Source of the DNA: Parcubacteria group bacterium
Lineage (GTDB): Bacteria; Patescibacteriota; Minisyncoccia; Moranbacterales; UBA2206
Assembly (NCBI GenBank): GCA_041664225.1
Contig: JBAYLE010000003.1
Coordinates: 15,608 to 79,607, forward strand
Direction of reading: 5' to 3'
Length of the DNA stretch: 64,000 bases
In this document: positions 36,755-47,024 of the stretch, in pieces
Position numbering within the stretch: position 1 is the first letter of the stretch
Layout: each line of letters begins with the position of its first letter
The notes under the pieces: model-generated
Told to the model about the DNA's origin: nothing
Databases searched by the model: none
Seen by the model: only the letters and a program-made list of their open reading frames with translations
Position numbers and translations under genes: made by a program

Positions 36755-39667
36755 TTATTTTTTCAAAACCTCCCTCAAAAACTTTCCTGTATAACTCTCT
36801 TTATGATACTTTGCCACTTCTTCCGGTTCGCCGGTGACGACCACTCGGCCTCCCTCATCCCCGCCTTCAGGGCCAAGATCGATAATCCAATCAGCGGTTT
36901 TGATGACGTCCATATTATGTTCAATGACCACCACGCTGTTGCCTGCATCCACCAGGCGATTCAGAACTCCCAACAATTTTTTGATATCATCAAAATGCAA
37001 GCCTGTCGTCGGTTCGTCCAAGATGTATAAAGTATTACCGGTCGCCCGCCGGGAAAGTTCCGTCGCGAGTTTGATTCGTTGCGCCTCCCCGCCAGAAAGC
37101 GTAGTGGCCGCCTGCCCGAGCTGGATATACCCGAGTCCCACATCTTCCAAAACAGACAGCTTGTCATTGAGGTCATGATAATTCCCAAAAAATTCGCGCG
37201 CTTCCATAACGTTCATTTCCAAAACTTCAGCGATATTTTTCCCTTTATATTTTACATGCAGAGTTTCACTATTATATCTTTTGCCATGGCAAACATCGCA
37301 AGAGATAAAAACATCCGGCATAAACTGCATCTCAATTTTGAGCAGGCCTTGCCCCTGGCAATTGTCGCATCTTCCTCCGCTGACATTAAAAGAAAACCGG
37401 CCCGGCAGATAGCCCTTAGCTTTGGCATCTTTGGTCGCGGCAAAAATTTCTCGAATCTCGGAAAACATTCCAGTGTAAGTTGCCGGATTTGACCGCGGAG
37501 TGCGCCCGATCGGCGACTGGTCGATCATAATGACTTTGTCCACATGTTGCGTCCCCACAATTTCCGCGTGTTTCCCCGGCCGTTCCAGAGAATGCATCAG
37601 TTTGCTCGACAAAGATTTATATAAAATATCTTCCACCAGCGATGATTTGCCCGAACCGGAAACGCCCGTCACCACCGTCATGACTTTGAGCGGAAATTCC
37701 ACAGTAATATTTTTCAAATTATTCTCCCGCGCTCCCCGCACCACCAGCCATTTTTTGTTTTTGACCGGCCGGCGGAATTTCGGCACCTCGATTTTCAATT
37801 CTCCGCGCAAATATTTAGCCGTGATGGATTTGGGATGACCCATCACTTCCTGCGGACTACCTTGCGCCACTATTTCCCCGCCCAATTTTCCCGCACCCGG
37901 ACCGATGTCTACCAAATGATCTGCCTCGCGCATCGTCTCTTCATCATGTTCAATCACGATTAAGGTGTTTCCGATATCGCGCAATTGCAAAAGTGTGTTC
38001 AAAAGTTTCGAATTGTCACGCGCGTGCAGACCGATCGATGGCTCATCCAAAATATACAAAACCCCCACTAATTGCGATCCGATCTGGGACGCCAATCTGA
38101 TCCTTTGGGTTTCTCCACCCGCTAAAGTGTTAGCGGAACGCGCCAAAGTCAGATAATTCAATCCGACATTGTCCAAAAAACCCAGCCGCGCCACAATTTC
38201 TTTGCAAATTTTGCCGGCAATCTGTTTCTCTCGATCATTTAATTCCAACTCTTTAAAAAATTTCAACGAATCGCTTACGCTTACAGACGAAACTTCATGA
38301 ATATTTTTCCCACCTACTGTAACTAACAAAGTTTCAGGCTTGTAGCGCATTCCATGACAGGCCGAACATGGATTTTGCGACATATATTTTTCAATCCCCT
38401 CGCGCACCGCGTCTGAATCGGTTTTAAAATATCGTTCCTGCATAAAACCAACCACGCCCCGCCAGGACATATAAAATTTCCAGTTGGTTCCGGTCTTGGC
38501 GCGAATTGTAATCGGCACTTCCTCGGCATCTTTTTCTGAGATCATATCTTCGGCATCCCGCGCACCATATAATAATATATTTACTTTTTCTTTTGGTAAA
38601 TCACGCAGTCTGACATTATCCGAAATATGAAAATATTTCGCCACCGACAAAATCACCCCGCCATAATAATTATTCCTCTTGAAATTCCACGGCGCCAATC
38701 CGCCTTCGGAAATCGTTTTGGTCATATCCGGCATCACTAAATCCGGATCAATTTCTTTTTTGGTGCCCAAGCCTTCGCAGGTCGGGCAAGCTCCGTACGG
38801 AGAGTTGAAAGAAAAAAGCCGCGGCTCCAATTCTGGAAACTCGACATCATGATCCGGACAAGCTAATTTTTGATTATAAATTATTGAATCGGAGAGGTTC
38901 GACCTCTTTTGGTCGTTTCGGTCGAGAGAGGTCGAACCTCTTTTTATAATTTTGATTTTCACTAAACCATTGGAAAGTTTCAGCGCTTTTTCCACATCTT
39001 CAAAAATACGGGAAATATTTTGATCGTTTATTCCAATCGCGTCGATCACGATATCAATCTTGTGCATCTTGTAGCGCGCCAACGGAATTTTGGTTTTGGG
39101 ATTAAGCTCATATTTTTTACCATTGACATAAGCTTTGGAAAAGCCACGTTTATACATTTCTAAAAGCAAAGTTGAATATTCGCCTTTACGTCCGCGCACC
39201 ACCGGCGACAAAATCTCGATTGTTGCCCCCTCACCAATTTCCAGAATCTTGCTGACAATTTCATCCGTGGAAAGCTTGGAAATTTCTTGCCCATCAACCG
39301 GACAATGTGGGATGCCGATTTTGGCATACAGCAAACGCAAGTAATCGTGAATTTCCGTTACAGTTCCCACTGTAGAACGCGGATTTTGCGAAGCAGATTT
39401 TTGCGAAATAGAAATGGCCGGCGAAAGCCCTTCGATATAATCGACATCCGGTTTTTCCATCTGCCCCAAAAACTGTCGGGCATAGGCCGACAAGCTTTCC
39501 AAATATCTTCTCTGTCCTTCGGCAAAAATAGTATCAAAAGCCAGAGTCGATTTCCCCGACCCGGAAATACCGGTAAAAACAATAAATTTATCCCGCGGCA
39601 ACTCGAGATCGATATTTTTCAGATTATGTTCACGCGCGCCTTTTATAATAATTTTGTTCATAAACAC
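36755..39667 (-). CDS. uvrA: Second full-length UvrA paralogue (excinuclease ABC subunit A)
   Basis: Two ABC modules ([20 protein letters not shown]), [16 protein letters not shown] signatures, zinc-finger cysteines; contains an in-frame palindromic insertion. Confidence 0.85.
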   Translation of the reverse strand: MFMNKIIIKGAREHNLKNIDLELPRDKFIVFTGISGSGKSTLAFDTIFAEGQRRYLESLSAYARQFLGQMEKPDVDYIEGLSPAISISQKSASQNPRSTVGTVTEIHDYLRLLYAKIGIPHCPVDGQEISKLSTDEIVSKILEIGEGATIEILSPVVRGRKGEYSTLLLEMYKRGFSKAYVNGKKYELNPKTKIPLARYKMHKIDIVIDAIGINDQNISRIFEDVEKALKLSNGLVKIKIIKRGSTSLDRNDQKRSNLSDSIIYNQKLACPDHDVEFPELEPRLFSFNSPYGACPTCEGLGTKKEIDPDLVMPDMTKTISEGGLAPWNFKRNNYYGGVILSVAKYFHISDNVRLRDLPKEKVNILLYGARDAEDMISEKDAEEVPITIRAKTGTNWKFYMSWRGVVGFMQERYFKTDSDAVREGIEKYMSQNPCSACHGMRYKPETLLVTVGGKNIHEVSSVSVSDSLKFFKELELNDREKQIAGKICKEIVARLGFLDNVGLNYLTLARSANTLAGGETQRIRLASQIGSQLVGVLYILDEPSIGLHARDNSKLLNTLLQLRDIGNTLIVIEHDEETMREADHLVDIGPGAGKLGGEIVAQGSPQEVMGHPKSITAKYLRGELKIEVPKFRRPVKNKKWLVVRGARENNLKNITVEFPLKVMTVVTGVSGSGKSSLVEDILYKSLSSKLMHSLERPGKHAEIVGTQHVDKVIMIDQSPIGRTPRSNPATYTGMFSEIREIFAATKDAKAKGYLPGRFSFNVSGGRCDNCQGQGLLKIEMQFMPDVFISCDVCHGKRYNSETLHVKYKGKNIAEVLEMNVMEAREFFGNYHDLNDKLSVLEDVGLGYIQLGQAATTLSGGEAQRIKLATELSRRATGNTLYILDEPTTGLHFDDIKKLLGVLNRLVDAGNSVVVIEHNMDVIKTADWIIDLGPEGGDEGGRVVVTGEPEEVAKYHKESYTGKFLREVLKK
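38890..38944. repeat. Palindromic mini-insertion with core cttttggtcgtttcggtcgaga inside uvrA2 (in-frame)
   Basis: gagaggttcgacctc [ttttggtcgtttcggtcgaga] gaggtcgaacctc; encodes [18 protein letters not shown]. Confidence 0.65.
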
Positions 39668-39745
39668 AAAAAACTTCCCCTTTTATGGGTACTTAATATT
39701 AACTTTTAACTAATACACTTTAGCACGACTTCGTATTGCAATCAA

Positions 39746-39955
39746 TCATTGGATATTCCCGTCCTGATTTCGAAACCAGATATAAATAACCAGCACAAAG
39801 GCCACTGTGACTGAGAATATAAGTATCGCAAAGGGTTCTGTATCACTCAGTTTTTCCGTCAGCCATTGGTAATAGGCCGGCCAGTAGCCGTTGATTAATT
39901 TTTGATAGACCTGGGTAACAAGTTCCATAGATTTTACCCCTTTATTATACCACAA
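39746..39955 (-). CDS. Small 2-TM membrane protein (hypothetical)
   Basis: 69-aa ORF with two hydrophobic helices. Confidence 0.35.
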   Translation of the reverse strand: MWYNKGVKSMELVTQVYQKLINGYWPAYYQWLTEKLSDTEPFAILIFSVTVAFVLVIYIWFRNQDGNIQ

Positions 39956-39984
39956 AAAAAACTACGCCTTTTTATGGGCGTAGT
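39954..39984 (-). terminator. Rho-independent terminator for the upstream minus-strand gene
   Basis: ctacgcctttttatgggcgtag hairpin followed by a T-run on the minus strand. Confidence 0.65.
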
Positions 39985-40006
39985 TCTGATTTGCATAATT
40001 TAAAGT

Positions 40007-41098
40007 TTAGCTTCCGCAGGAAGCGTTTGGATCTGTTGCTGATCCACTAGCCGCTGGAGTAGCCGCAGCCGCTCCTTCTCCAAATCCCGCAGCCGGAGCG
40101 ATTGTGGAAAGTTTAGTTTGGCATTCTTTCGGTGCAGTATTAAAGGCATCACAGATCGTTTTCAAAATACTAGCTGAATCCCGGCCGGCCGATTGAGCCT
40201 CAACGCCATTGATGACTAAAGCTGGCGAGCCTTGCACACCGTATTTTGTATTGTCATCTTTATTCACATTAAATGGAGGGAATTGCCCATTGTTCCATTT
40301 GCTTTTGTCAGCCGCATCTTTGGTAATGTTAAATTGAGCATCAGTCTGGGCTACGCAGCTCGCAACTTGTGAAACGCTTACTCCGGTCGAGGCCATACAA
40401 CTGGCTTCAGTACCTTCTCCTTTTTTCAAGAAGCAAGTCAGATAAGCTGACAATTTCGCCGGCTGATTCTTTTGAATGCAGTATTGGCGCAAATTCTCCG
40501 CGATTTCCTTATCACCATGCATCGCGTAATCTACGAATTCCAAAGTATACTTGATCTTATTTCCCAAAGCGGCCACTACCGGCAAGATTCCTTTTTCTAT
40601 CTGCGTTCCAAACGGACAATAACTCATGACAAACAATTTCACTTCCGGAACATCACTCTTTGTTACCGGCGTGTTAGCTTTTTCCTCTTGTTTTTTAGCT
40701 GCCTCTTTTTGTTTCTCTATTTCATCAAAGGTTATAGCCTGCTGGATAAACTTTGTTCCATCTTTGGTCACATATACCGGCTGGTCCTGCCCATTTACAC
40801 TCACCGTGATCTTATACAAATCTCCATCCTCCATAACATCTTTGACTGTCGCGGTTCCACCGCTGTCTTTTACCAGCGCCTCTATTTTTGCCCTAGCTTC
40901 TTCTTTAGTTATGCCTTTTGAAAATAATTTTTTAAAATTAAAATTGTTTGGATCTTTTGCATAAATCGCATAACCGACAATAAGAAGCAAAATAACTACC
41001 CCCAAAACAGCTTTTACGTTAAAGCTCCGAGGGGACCACTTGGATTTTGCCGTTTCCTTCGGCTGATCTTCAGTTTTGTTTTCAGGAATATTTCCCAT
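40007..41098 (-). CDS. Membrane-anchored secreted thioredoxin-fold (DsbA-like) protein with a monothiol CPFG motif
   Basis: N-terminal TM anchor; FVMSYCPFGTQ at the expected CxxC position; Ala/Gly-rich C-terminal tail. Confidence 0.45.
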   Translation of the reverse strand: MGNIPENKTEDQPKETAKSKWSPRSFNVKAVLGVVILLLIVGYAIYAKDPNNFNFKKLFSKGITKEEARAKIEALVKDSGGTATVKDVMEDGDLYKITVSVNGQDQPVYVTKDGTKFIQQAITFDEIEKQKEAAKKQEEKANTPVTKSDVPEVKLFVMSYCPFGTQIEKGILPVVAALGNKIKYTLEFVDYAMHGDKEIAENLRQYCIQKNQPAKLSAYLTCFLKKGEGTEASCMASTGVSVSQVASCVAQTDAQFNITKDAADKSKWNNGQFPPFNVNKDDNTKYGVQGSPALVINGVEAQSAGRDSASILKTICDAFNTAPKECQTKLSTIAPAAGFGEGAAAATPAASGSATDPNASCGS

Positions 41099-41209
41099 AC
41101 TTTATTTGTTAAAATTTAAATTACTTGTTCATTTTACACCTCTTAGTAAAATCAGACAACTCCCCTAGTTGCCATACTCAAAAAAGGACCTCTTAAAGCC
41201 ACTTTTTGC

Positions 41210-41635
41210 TTAAGTTAAGTTTTGATTTTCATTTTTATGTATCTCGTCCAGAAACTCCCTAATTTCTTTGACCAAATCCGATGGCGTCCTTTCCGGCTTC
41301 ACAAAAAAACGGTCAGCGCCCAACTCTTTGGCTCTTTCCCTATCTTCAGGAGAGCTCAAGCTGGTTAACATGATAATCGGTATCTTTTTGTATTTACCCC
41401 AAGAGGATCTGATTTTTTCCAACACATCATATCCATCCATTTTTGGCATCACCACGTCCAAAAGCACCAGATCCAGAATCTCAAAGTTTTCTTTAATCTT
41501 GCGTATCGCTTCTTCTCCATCGCTAGCCGTAATGACCACGAAGCCCTCGCTCGTCAATTTTTGCGAGTATATCTCTATTAAATTTTCGTCATCATCCACG
41601 ATCAGGACTGTTATTTTTTTTTCTGCCTGTTCCAT
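41210..41635 (-). CDS. Response regulator, receiver domain only
   Basis: VLIVDDDENL, LVLLDVVMPKMDG, TSLSSPED, K at C-terminus. Confidence 0.75.
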   Translation of the reverse strand: MEQAEKKITVLIVDDDENLIEIYSQKLTSEGFVVITASDGEEAIRKIKENFEILDLVLLDVVMPKMDGYDVLEKIRSSWGKYKKIPIIMLTSLSSPEDRERAKELGADRFFVKPERTPSDLVKEIREFLDEIHKNENQNLT

Positions 41636-41685
41636 ATTTTTTGTTTTTTACAATCCGTAAGTGTTTGTCCGGATTGCATTTTTGT

Positions 41686-42039
41686 TTATTTAAAATAATT
41701 TATAATGGTCGCAAAGATAGTATGCAGACGAAAAGGATTATTTTCGATGCCTAACATGGAAAACAGCATATTTAAAGCAAACGTAATAACAATAAAGGCA
41801 ATAAAAATAATCAAAATAGAAAGAGGGATCAGGCTTATGAAAAATTCTTTTATTCTTTTGTGGCGCTTTTTAAGCGCGGCGTAAGATTGATAGTGCTGAT
41901 CCAACCGGGTATTTTCAATCTCTCTTCCTTCCCGCTGGAGCTTTTGAATCCTGATTTCCGTATCTGAAGGATACTTAAAAATCACGTAATACGCATCCTT
42001 GAGATAGATTTTTATTTTTCGCAGTGCTTCGTTCATCAA
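41686..42039 (-). CDS. Hypothetical membrane protein
   Basis: ORF with two hydrophobic helices. Confidence 0.35.
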   Translation of the reverse strand: MMNEALRKIKIYLKDAYYVIFKYPSDTEIRIQKLQREGREIENTRLDQHYQSYAALKKRHKRIKEFFISLIPLSILIIFIAFIVITFALNMLFSMLGIENNPFRLHTIFATIINYFK

Positions 42040-42212
42040 GTAATATAAGTAATTCTAATTTAATTATACTACAAACCTACTTTTGCATCAACCCCGTCAG
42101 AAGTTTCAGAAAGTGCTTGTTGATACCAAAATACAAAGGCGAAGCCGCTTCGCTCGAGCATATTCCTAAAAAACAAAACCTATGATGAACTTCATACGGG
42201 GTCAACCTCGTC

Positions 42213-44174
42213 TCATCCCGCCTGCAATTTCCGCAATTCTCCGATTTCATCTCTTATTATGGCGGCTTTTTCAAACTCCAGCGCCCGAGAGGCTTCCTTC
42301 ATCTCGCGCTCGCGCTGTTTGATGTAGCCTTGCAAATCTTCCAGAGATTCCAATTCGGTGAAATCGCGCGTAACTTCAGGCTTCAATTCATGATCCACAA
42401 TGGACTGGATTTTCTTTTTGATGGTGGTCGGGGTGATACGATGCTTTTTATTATGGGCCACTTGAATTTTGCGCCGGCGGTCGGTTTCACCAATCGCCCG
42501 TTTCATGGAGCCGGTAATCTGGTCAGCGTATAAAATAACTCTGCCGGAAACATTCCTGGCCGCTCGGCCGATGGTTTGAATAAGCGAAGTTTCACTCCGC
42601 AAAAATCCTTCCTTGTCCGCGTCCAGAATTGCTACCAAAGACACTTCCGGCAGATCCAATCCTTCGCGCAAAAGATTCACGCCCACCAAAACATCAAATT
42701 TGCCGCGCCGTAAATTTTCCAAAATTCGCACACGATCCAATGTTTCCACTCCGCTGTGGAGATATTCAGCTTTCACTTTTGATTCTTTTAAAAAGTCCGA
42801 GAGGTCTTCTGCCATTTTTTTGGTCAGCGTCGTCACTAAAACTCTTTCTTTTTTGGCTACTATTTTTTTAATTTCGGAAATAACATCCTTCACTTGCCCT
42901 TTGGCGGGCTTGATGGTTAGTTCCGGATCAATAAGCCCGGTCGGACGAATAATTTGCTCGGCAATTTGAGTAGAATTTTTTCTTTCGTAATCTGCCGGCG
43001 TGGCTGAAGTAAAAATCAGCTGATTAATTTTTTTCTCAAATTCACTAAATTTAAGCGGTCGATTATCAAAAGCGCTCGGCAGGCGAAAACCGTTGTCCAC
43101 CAAAGATTTTTTCCGCGAATAATCGCCGTTATACATCCCGTTTAATTGGGGTATAGTTACGTGCGATTCATCAACGACCATTAAAAAATCTTCTGGAAAA
43201 TAATCTATCAGAGTATATGGCGCCTCGCCGGGCTGTCTTCCAGTGAGAAAGCGTGAATAATTTTCGATCCCGTTGCAATAACCGATTTCGCGCATCATTT
43301 CGATGTCCTGTTTGGTGCGCCGCTCCAGCCTTTCGGCTTCCAGCAACTTATTATGATCCCGTAAATATTTCACTCTGTTTTTGGCTTCGGTTTCTATTTT
43401 TTCAAGCGCCCTTTCCATCAGCGGCTCCGGCACCACAAAATGCTTAGCCGGATAAATTAAGATTTTGTCTAGTCTTCCCAATTCATCACCAGTTAGAAAA
43501 TCGTATTCACTAATTTTAGTAATCTTATCCTGCTCAAGACTGATCCTAGTTACAATTTCCCGCGCCGGTGACATAATCTCAATCGTCGGACCCGTCACCC
43601 GGAATTTTCCGCGGCTCAAAAGATCGGTGCGCCCATAATGCATCTCCACTAATTTATTGATCAATTCGCTTCTATCAACTTTTTCTCCCTTTTTTATTTC
43701 CAAAGAAATATCGCGGTAAAATTCCGGCGAGCCCAAGCCATAGATACAGGAAACGGAAGCGACGATAATGACATCCTGACGACTCATGAGCGCAACCGTA
43801 GCCGCGTGGCGAAGACGGTCGATCTCATCATTGATCTGCGCTTCTTTTTCAATATAGGTGTCCGACGAAGCAATGTAGGCTTCCGGCTGATAGTAATCAT
43901 AATAGGAAACAAAATATTCCACCGCGTTCTTGGGAAAAAAGGTGCGAAATTCCTGCGCTAACTGCGCCGCCAAAGTTTTATTAGGCGCGATTACCAGCGT
44001 CGGCTTCTGAACTTTTTCAATCACATTAGCAATCGTAAAAGTTTTGCCAGATCCCGTCACGCCCAAAAGCGTCTGGAATTTTTGTCCAGCCTTGAGGCCC
44101 TGAACCAGCTTCTCAATCGCCTGCGGTTGATCGCCGTCCGGTTTGTATTTTGAATTGATCTTAAATTTCTGCAT
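42213..44174 (-). CDS. uvrB: Excinuclease ABC subunit B
   Basis: Helicase motif I GVTGSGKT, beta-hairpin region, DESH box, C-terminal UVR domain. Confidence 0.9.
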   Translation of the reverse strand: MQKFKINSKYKPDGDQPQAIEKLVQGLKAGQKFQTLLGVTGSGKTFTIANVIEKVQKPTLVIAPNKTLAAQLAQEFRTFFPKNAVEYFVSYYDYYQPEAYIASSDTYIEKEAQINDEIDRLRHAATVALMSRQDVIIVASVSCIYGLGSPEFYRDISLEIKKGEKVDRSELINKLVEMHYGRTDLLSRGKFRVTGPTIEIMSPAREIVTRISLEQDKITKISEYDFLTGDELGRLDKILIYPAKHFVVPEPLMERALEKIETEAKNRVKYLRDHNKLLEAERLERRTKQDIEMMREIGYCNGIENYSRFLTGRQPGEAPYTLIDYFPEDFLMVVDESHVTIPQLNGMYNGDYSRKKSLVDNGFRLPSAFDNRPLKFSEFEKKINQLIFTSATPADYERKNSTQIAEQIIRPTGLIDPELTIKPAKGQVKDVISEIKKIVAKKERVLVTTLTKKMAEDLSDFLKESKVKAEYLHSGVETLDRVRILENLRRGKFDVLVGVNLLREGLDLPEVSLVAILDADKEGFLRSETSLIQTIGRAARNVSGRVILYADQITGSMKRAIGETDRRRKIQVAHNKKHRITPTTIKKKIQSIVDHELKPEVTRDFTELESLEDLQGYIKQREREMKEASRALEFEKAAIIRDEIGELRKLQAG

Positions 44175-44235
44175 ATTTATATAATACTACAATCTTTTAT
44201 TCATTTGTCCATAAAAACTATGCTATAATTACTCC

Positions 44236-44352
44236 ATGAAAACCAAAAAAACCAAAGCCGAAAAACGCGAAGTCAAGAAGAAGCCCAAAATGCCGGTTTC
44301 CGGTAAAAAAGTTTTCGCGCTGAAGGAAATTATTGTGAAAAAGGCTAACTAA
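44236..44352 (+). CDS. Lysine-rich 38-aa small ORF upstream of secG
   Basis: MKTKKTKAEKREVKKKPKMPVSGKKVFALKEIIVKKAN, preceded by a tatgctataat -10-like element; too short for the ORF track. Confidence 0.25.
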   Translation: MKTKKTKAEKREVKKKPKMPVSGKKVFALKEIIVKKAN

Positions 44353-44428
44353 AGCCCAGGATTGACTATTAGTATTGACGAGTAAATTGCCCAGTGATAA
44401 GCTGATATAAGTTTTAATAAACACCAAA

Positions 44429-44659
44429 ATGCTACGAATTATAAATATTGCCGAAATAATCGTTTCCATAACGTTGGTCGTTTCCATCCTGCTCCAAAAT
44501 CGGGGCGCCGGACTTTCTTCAACTTTTGGAGGAGACTTTGGCGGTTACTACAGCAAAAGAGGTTTTGAAAAATTTTTGACGCGCTTTTCTATTTTCTTAG
44601 CGATAATCTTTATCGCGCTGGCAATCACCAATCTGTTTCTGACCAATAAGCCAGTATAA
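44429..44659 (+). CDS. secG: Preprotein translocase subunit SecG
   Basis: Two TM helices with the LLQ..G.G....FGG loop pattern. Confidence 0.75.
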   Translation: MLRIINIAEIIVSITLVVSILLQNRGAGLSSTFGGDFGGYYSKRGFEKFLTRFSIFLAIIFIALAITNLFLTNKPV

Positions 44660-44713
44660 CCAACTAGCTCTAAACCTATACGTAACTATCCTAACAATCC
44701 GCAGAATTTTTCC

Positions 44714-46387
44714 TTGAAAAAATGGCTTCAGGCCACAAAATTTTTTAATATCAAAGAAAGGATATTTTTTAATCTTCTTATCATCTTGCTCTTGGGCTCA
44801 GTTATTGGCTGGGGCTTGATGTTTTATTATTCCAAAACCAAAGCAGTCGCCGATTATGGCGGAGAATATATTGAGGGCATTGTCGGCCAGCCACAACATA
44901 TCAACCCGGTGATTTCCCAATCAAACAACGCGGACGAAGATTTGACGCAACTTGTCTATAGCGGTTTGCTCAAATACGACAGCAGGGGCGATTTAATCCC
45001 TGACTTAGCTGAAAGCTATGACATCTCGGATGACAAAACCACCTACACCTTTCACCTGAAAAAGGACGTTGAGTGGCACGACGGGCAGCCTTTTGCGGCA
45101 GCCGACGTGCTGTATACCACGAACATACTTTCGGATCCTGCCTATAAAAGTCCGCTCAGAACCAACTGGCAAGGCATTACCACAAACATTGTTGATGACC
45201 ACACATTGACTTTTCAGATCCAATCCTCTTTTGTCGGCTTTCTAAACAACCTAACTTTCGGCATCCTGCCAAAACACATCTGGGAAACGGTCACTGCCGA
45301 TAAATTTTCTCTGACTGACCTCAATTTGGAACCGATCGGAACCGGCCCCTACAAATACAATGCCTTCCAAAAAGATTCCAGAGGCAATATTATTTCTTAT
45401 AAACTAGTGGCCAATCCAAATTATTTCGAGGGCAAGCCGTATATTTCAAAAATGACTTTCGATTTTTATGATTCGGATGATTCCATCCTGAAGGCTTTTA
45501 ATTCAAAAGAGATTATGGGTATTAATAGTCTCACCCCGCAGCGTATGGCCGATATCAAGCTATTGCAAAGCACTTTTATACACAAGTTTGACATTTCGCG
45601 ATATTTCGCCGTTTTTATCAATCAAACAAGAAGTTTGCCCTTAGCCGACGATAATGTGCGCCAAGCTTTGACTTATGCCACCAATCGCCAAGAAATAATC
45701 GACAACATCCTCAGTGGAAACGGTAATCCTGTTTATTCGCCAATCCTGGATGCCATGGTCGGTTATTCGACCGACATTGATTCGCGGACTTTTGATCTCG
45801 AAAAGGCCAATTCCGTCTTGGACAGCAATGGCTGGAACCGTGGTGAAGATGGAATGCGAGCTAAGAATGGTACGCCGTTGCAATTTACTTTGACCACGAC
45901 TGATTGGCCTGAACTGGCTCAGACTGCTGAAATCCTCAAATCGGAGTGGGCAAAAGCCGGTGCTAAAGTCGACGTCCAAACTTATTCAATATCTGATATC
46001 CAACAAAATTACATTCGTCCCCGGGAATACGAGGCGCTTCTATTCGGACAAGTTTTGGGCGCGGACCCGGATCCATATTCATTCTGGCACTCTTCACAAA
46101 AAAGAGATCCTGGTCTCAATCTTTCTCTCTTCGGCGATTCCGATACCGACAAGTTGATCGAGGCCGGCCGTATCGAGTTTGATTACGACAAACGAGCATC
46201 CATATACCAGGATTTTCAGAAAAAATTAATAGCAGAAACTCCGGCTATCTTTCTCTACAGCCCGGATTATATTTATCCAGTCAACAAAAAAGTACAAGGC
46301 ATTAATATGGAAGACCTGATATCTCCCTCCAAGCGGTTTTCCGACGCAAATCATTGGTACATCAACACCAAGAGAGTTAAAAAATAA
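44714..46387 (+). CDS. ABC transporter substrate-binding protein, family 5 (Opp/Dpp-like). Uses a TTG start.
   Basis: N-terminal anchor, SBP_bac_5 architecture (~550 aa) with conserved W/Y-rich blocks. Confidence 0.7.
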   Translation: MKKWLQATKFFNIKERIFFNLLIILLLGSVIGWGLMFYYSKTKAVADYGGEYIEGIVGQPQHINPVISQSNNADEDLTQLVYSGLLKYDSRGDLIPDLAESYDISDDKTTYTFHLKKDVEWHDGQPFAAADVLYTTNILSDPAYKSPLRTNWQGITTNIVDDHTLTFQIQSSFVGFLNNLTFGILPKHIWETVTADKFSLTDLNLEPIGTGPYKYNAFQKDSRGNIISYKLVANPNYFEGKPYISKMTFDFYDSDDSILKAFNSKEIMGINSLTPQRMADIKLLQSTFIHKFDISRYFAVFINQTRSLPLADDNVRQALTYATNRQEIIDNILSGNGNPVYSPILDAMVGYSTDIDSRTFDLEKANSVLDSNGWNRGEDGMRAKNGTPLQFTLTTTDWPELAQTAEILKSEWAKAGAKVDVQTYSISDIQQNYIRPREYEALLFGQVLGADPDPYSFWHSSQKRDPGLNLSLFGDSDTDKLIEAGRIEFDYDKRASIYQDFQKKLIAETPAIFLYSPDYIYPVNKKVQGINMEDLISPSKRFSDANHWYINTKRVKK

Positions 46388-46405
46388 AAAAAATATATAA
46401 ACACT

Positions 46406-47014
46406 ATGGATATAAATTTTACGAATGTTCCCAAACATTACGCGTCACGGACTCATGAAAAAATGAAGGAAGTTCTTATGGATCCGGAAGGTGTCGGACC
46501 GGCTATCCATTATTACATGATCCGAGGTGGCAAAGAACAAAAAAATATAACCGTTTGGGAGCCAGGCACCGTATCCGGAGAATATATCAAAACCTATGGG
46601 CATTATCACGTTGGTAACCTGAGTGAAACTTACCAAATTATTTACGGCCAAGGTGTGGCCCTTTTGCAAAAATTGGCTGAAGATGAAAATGGAAATATGA
46701 TCCCTGATGTCGTGGAAGAATTTAAGGCCATTCCGGTCAAAACCGGCGATGAAATTTTTATGCCGGCTAAATTCGGTCATCTTTTAGTTAACACAGGCAT
46801 TACTTATTTTGCGACCACTGACGACAGCCCTGTGGACTTTGAGGACCGTGACCCTTCCAGTTTTCCCGGGCATGCTGATTATGAACCGGTGAAAAAAATG
46901 AAAGGGTTTGCCTATTATGTCGTGGAGAAAGATGGCCAGCCCGCTCTCAAAAAAAATCCGCTTTACAAAACTATCCAGAAAGAAGATCTGGGCGGTTTGC
47001 TGGTAATCGATTAA
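46406..47014 (+). CDS. Cupin-type (archaeal-type) glucose-6-phosphate isomerase-like protein
   Basis: TYGHYH..., ETYQIIYGQGVALLQ and IPVKTGDEIFMPAKFGHLLVNTG correspond to the TxGHFH / E...G.G / PPxWAHR blocks of cupin PGIs. Confidence 0.6.
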   Translation: MDINFTNVPKHYASRTHEKMKEVLMDPEGVGPAIHYYMIRGGKEQKNITVWEPGTVSGEYIKTYGHYHVGNLSETYQIIYGQGVALLQKLAEDENGNMIPDVVEEFKAIPVKTGDEIFMPAKFGHLLVNTGITYFATTDDSPVDFEDRDPSSFPGHADYEPVKKMKGFAYYVVEKDGQPALKKNPLYKTIQKEDLGGLLVID

Positions 47015-47024
47015 CATTAAATTT

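Noticed and set aside
44218-44487. Minus-strand ORF 44218-44487
   Set aside because: It overlaps the well-supported secG (plus strand) and the small lysine-rich ORF. It looks like an antisense artefact.
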